DNA of 64,000 nt, from the NCBI GenBank assembly GCA_004431415.1, contig QPMI01000056.1, forward strand, positions 372,001-436,000, read 5' to 3'. The notes under the pieces are model-generated. The model saw only the letters and a program-made list of their open reading frames with translations, did not search any database and was not told the origin of the DNA. Shown here one piece after another: positions 61,338 to 64,000 of the stretch. The DNA comes from Cyanophora paradoxa CCMP329 (Eukaryota; Plantae; Glaucophyta). The number at the start of each line of letters is the position of its first letter. Position 1 is the first letter of the stretch. The position numbers and the translations under genes were made by a program.

Positions 61338-63261
61338 ATGGACGACCCGGCGGGCCCCGCAGGCCTTGCCAGCCCGTCCCCGGCCGCGGATGCAGTCCCT
61401 GCGGTAGCAGCAGCTTCATCGAGCCGCGTTAACCACTTCGCGCGGCTGCCGGACGAGCTGTTGCAGCGCATCTTCAGCGAACTGGAGGCGACGGAGGCGT
61501 ACGAGAAGTGCAGGCTGCTGGCGGTAGATCGGAGGTTCCGGCGGGTCGTCCCGGGTGTGCACTGGCAGCAGCTGCGGCTCGAGCCCTTGAGCCTGGAAAG
61601 GGGCGGGTCTCCGGCGTGCCTGAATGAGTTTAGAGAGCGCCTGGATCGAGCCACGGCACGCGTCAGGAGCGGGAAGCTGGCCGGCTGCAGGCGGCTTGTC
61701 GCCGGTCCCGCGTGCTGCGAGTGCGCGGACAAGAGGGAGCGCGTCGAGGCGAGTTTCGACGCCGCCCGCGCCCTCACAGGTTCGCCGTTGACGGTTCCCT
61801 TCACTCAGGCCGCCCTGACTCGGCGTACGCGTCCCTCTTCCTCTTCGCAGACGCGCTGGCGGCCCTGTCGGCGGCACCCGCGCCGCTGGAGGAAGTGTGC
61901 TTCACGCGGCGCTGGCGGCACTGGCCGCGGGAGGCGAAGCAGCGCGAGCTCGGCATCGCAGCGCCGCGGCCCCTGGACGACGTCGCGCGCTCGTTCCTGG
62001 CGGCCCTGCGCCCCGCCCCGCTCCGGTCGCTGCAGCTGGAAGACCGCACCATCTTCTCCGCCTTCGTCGCGTCCGCGACGCCGGGGTGCTTTCCGCTCCT
62101 CCGCGAGCTGCGCTTCAAAGCCTGCATCTTTGCAGCCGGGAGCGCGGTTCGCTGTCGCCCATCCTTCCGCTCTGGACCTGTCCCGCGTCCGACCCTCCTC
62201 TCCCTCCGCAGCAGTCGAGGCTGGTCGAGATCTGGCCCGGCCTGAAGAGGATCGCGTGCACGGTGCAGGACGGGGACGCCCTCCGCGAGCTCGCCAAGCT
62301 CCCGCTGGAGGAGCTGCGGGTCCACGTGGACTGGATGGACGGCCTCGAGGAGGCGCTGGAGGCGCTGGACGCGGACTGCGTGCGGGAGCTGCACCTGCCG
62401 GGTCGGCTCGCCGTCGGCCCGCGCCTCCTCGCCTCGCTCCTCCGCCTCCGCAACCTCGAGGAGCTCACCGCGTCGGTGCCGCCCTTCCATCTATCAGATC
62501 AGATCAGATCTGACCCGTTCGCCCGCAGGTCGACCGGACGTCCGGCGACGCCCTCGCGGGCCTCGGCGCCCTCCAGAAGCTCCGCTCCCTCACTCTCCAC
62601 CTGAACGTGCGCGCGCCCTTCTAGATCCAGACCTGTACCCCGGCCCTGACTCGCTTCTCCACAGCTCTTCGACGCCCCCTCCGGGGGCGAGGGCGTGCTG
62701 CGGGCCGCGGCGGCGGGCCTCTCGTACGCCCCGCGCCTGGGCTCTCTATCCCTCAAGATCGACTGCGACAGCGTCTCGGCGACGGACCCGGGCTGCCTGG
62801 CGTCCCTGCTCCGCGCCGCCCGGCCGTGCCTAAGGGAGCTCGAGGTCCACGACGTACCCGTCGCCGCCGAATTCATGCGGGTCCGCTCCGCTCCGCTCAG
62901 ATATGATCTGATCTGATCCGATCCGATCCGATCCGATTCGTGTACCCCCTCCCAGGAGGTCGCGCGGGCGGGCCCCAAGCTCAAGTACGTCTTCCTCTTC
63001 CACGACTTCGCGGGGGGGGAGGCAGGCGCCAGGGAGCTCTCGGCCTTCAAAGAGCTTCTGCTAACTGCGTACCCCGACGTCGACGTGGGCCGCCCCGAAG
63101 ACTTCCGCGTGAACGTGGATCTGGACGTGCCGGACGCCTCCCTGGAGGCCGCCCTCGCGCTCTTCCGGGGCTGGCTCCGGCTCGCGGTCGGCAGGGCCCC
63201 GCGGCCGGGGCGGCCCCCCGTCCACGTCGAGATCAACGGCGTCGGCGTCGCGCTCTCTTGA
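61338..63261 (+). CDS. F-box protein with LRR-like C-terminal region, multi-exon
   Basis: MDDPAG...NHFARLPDELLQRIFSEL...VDRRFRRV (F-box), LxxLxL repeats (PLLRELRF, LRNLEELT, LRELEV), short introns, TGA at 63259-63261. Confidence 0.85.
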
Positions 63262-63751
63262 AGTGAATCTGAATTGACCGCGAAGCCCAAGAAGCCTATA
63301 GCCGTGAAGCTATAGCTAATTAAAAACTTGATCGAGATTTGAAGCCCGAAGACATGTACACGTATATAGCGGCCGGCCGCGGCGCGCGCCGGCCGCGCGC
63401 GGCGCCGCGGCCGCCGGGCCGCGGCGCGCGCCAGCCTCCGTCCGACGCTCGCGCGCCCTCTCAAACTGAATTAACTTTTAATTGGAAGTGAAACTGGAGC
63501 CTCGGAGGCAATTGCAACTTGGCAATGGACGTCGCCGCTCCGCGCGCGAGCTGGCCGGCGCCGGCGCCAGCGCTAGCGGCTGGCCAGCGCTTTTTTTCGG
63601 CGAATTTTCGCCAAGAACGGGGTAGAGCTCCATCGAAAGCGTGGTCCCCACATCCCATCGCACGGCGGTCGCAAAGCAGATCGCACCATCGGTACAGCCT
63701 AAGAGAGCAATTCGAAGCAGTCGTGGCCGTCGCAGCGCTTGAAAAATTCAA

Positions 63752-64000
63752 ATGGCCGACAGAGGTTTGAAGCGCGCGCGTGAGGATGACGTCTCGCCCG
63801 TGGAGAGCTCGTTTAGCACAACAGGATCTTCGTCGGCAGCTGCAGCGAAGGCGGACGGGAGCGCCGATGGAGTGAATCATTTCGCGCGGCTGCCGGACGA
63901 GCTGGTGCAACGCATTTTCAGCGAGCTCGAGGCGACGGAGGCGTACGAAACGTGCCAGCTCTGGTCGATGGATCGTCGGTTCCGGCAGATCATGCGGGGC
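63752..64000 (+). CDS. Second F-box paralog, runs off the right edge
   Basis: MADRGLKRAREDD...VNHFARLPDELVQRIFSELEATEAYETCQLWSMDRRFRQIMRG, clearly homologous to the upstream F-box. Not in the ORF track. Confidence 0.85.
   Translation, partial: MADRGLKRAREDDVSPVESSFSTTGSSSAAAAKADGSADGVNHFARLPDELVQRIFSELEATEAYETCQLWSMDRRFRQIMRG

Noticed and set aside
63369-63432. Pure-GC quasi-palindromic stretch between the F-box genes
   Set aside because: Low-complexity GC sequence self-pairs by chance, and there is no other support for a function.

Overview
GC-rich eukaryotic (protist/alga-like) DNA with many short spliceosomal introns. Most ORF-track entries are spurious frames. Positions 1 to ~54.5 kb are one nested, all-direct-orientation tandem amplification of a single locus, and it ends in an apparently full-length MKT1-family gene (51204-56549, +). 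The amplified locus holds two related non-autonomous elements bounded by the same ~30-bp terminal inverted repeats (TIRs; CA[G/T]AGAGCCTTCTCAT...GCGATCGC), with three GCGATCGC octamers at each end. Element B (~1.73 kb, 6 complete copies) carries a decayed spliced gene with an AT-hook-like KRGRP. Element A (~3.4 kb, 1 complete and 6 left-truncated copies) has swapped that interior for captured, intron-containing host fragments: an internal piece of TCF25/Rqc1 and the 3' end of an unknown gene. This is a Pack-type TIR element. Eight 3'-truncated MKT1 copies end at only three recurrent breakpoints, all inside introns and all with microhomology or small/templated insertions, and they form a ~16.9-kb higher-order repeat. 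Unique DNA after the array encodes a divergent Cdc20/Fizzy-like WD40 protein (-) head-to-head with an F-box protein (+), followed by a second F-box paralog. Copies differ almost only by 1-nt indels, so copy-specific frameshifts and the exact copy number may reflect long-read or assembly error.
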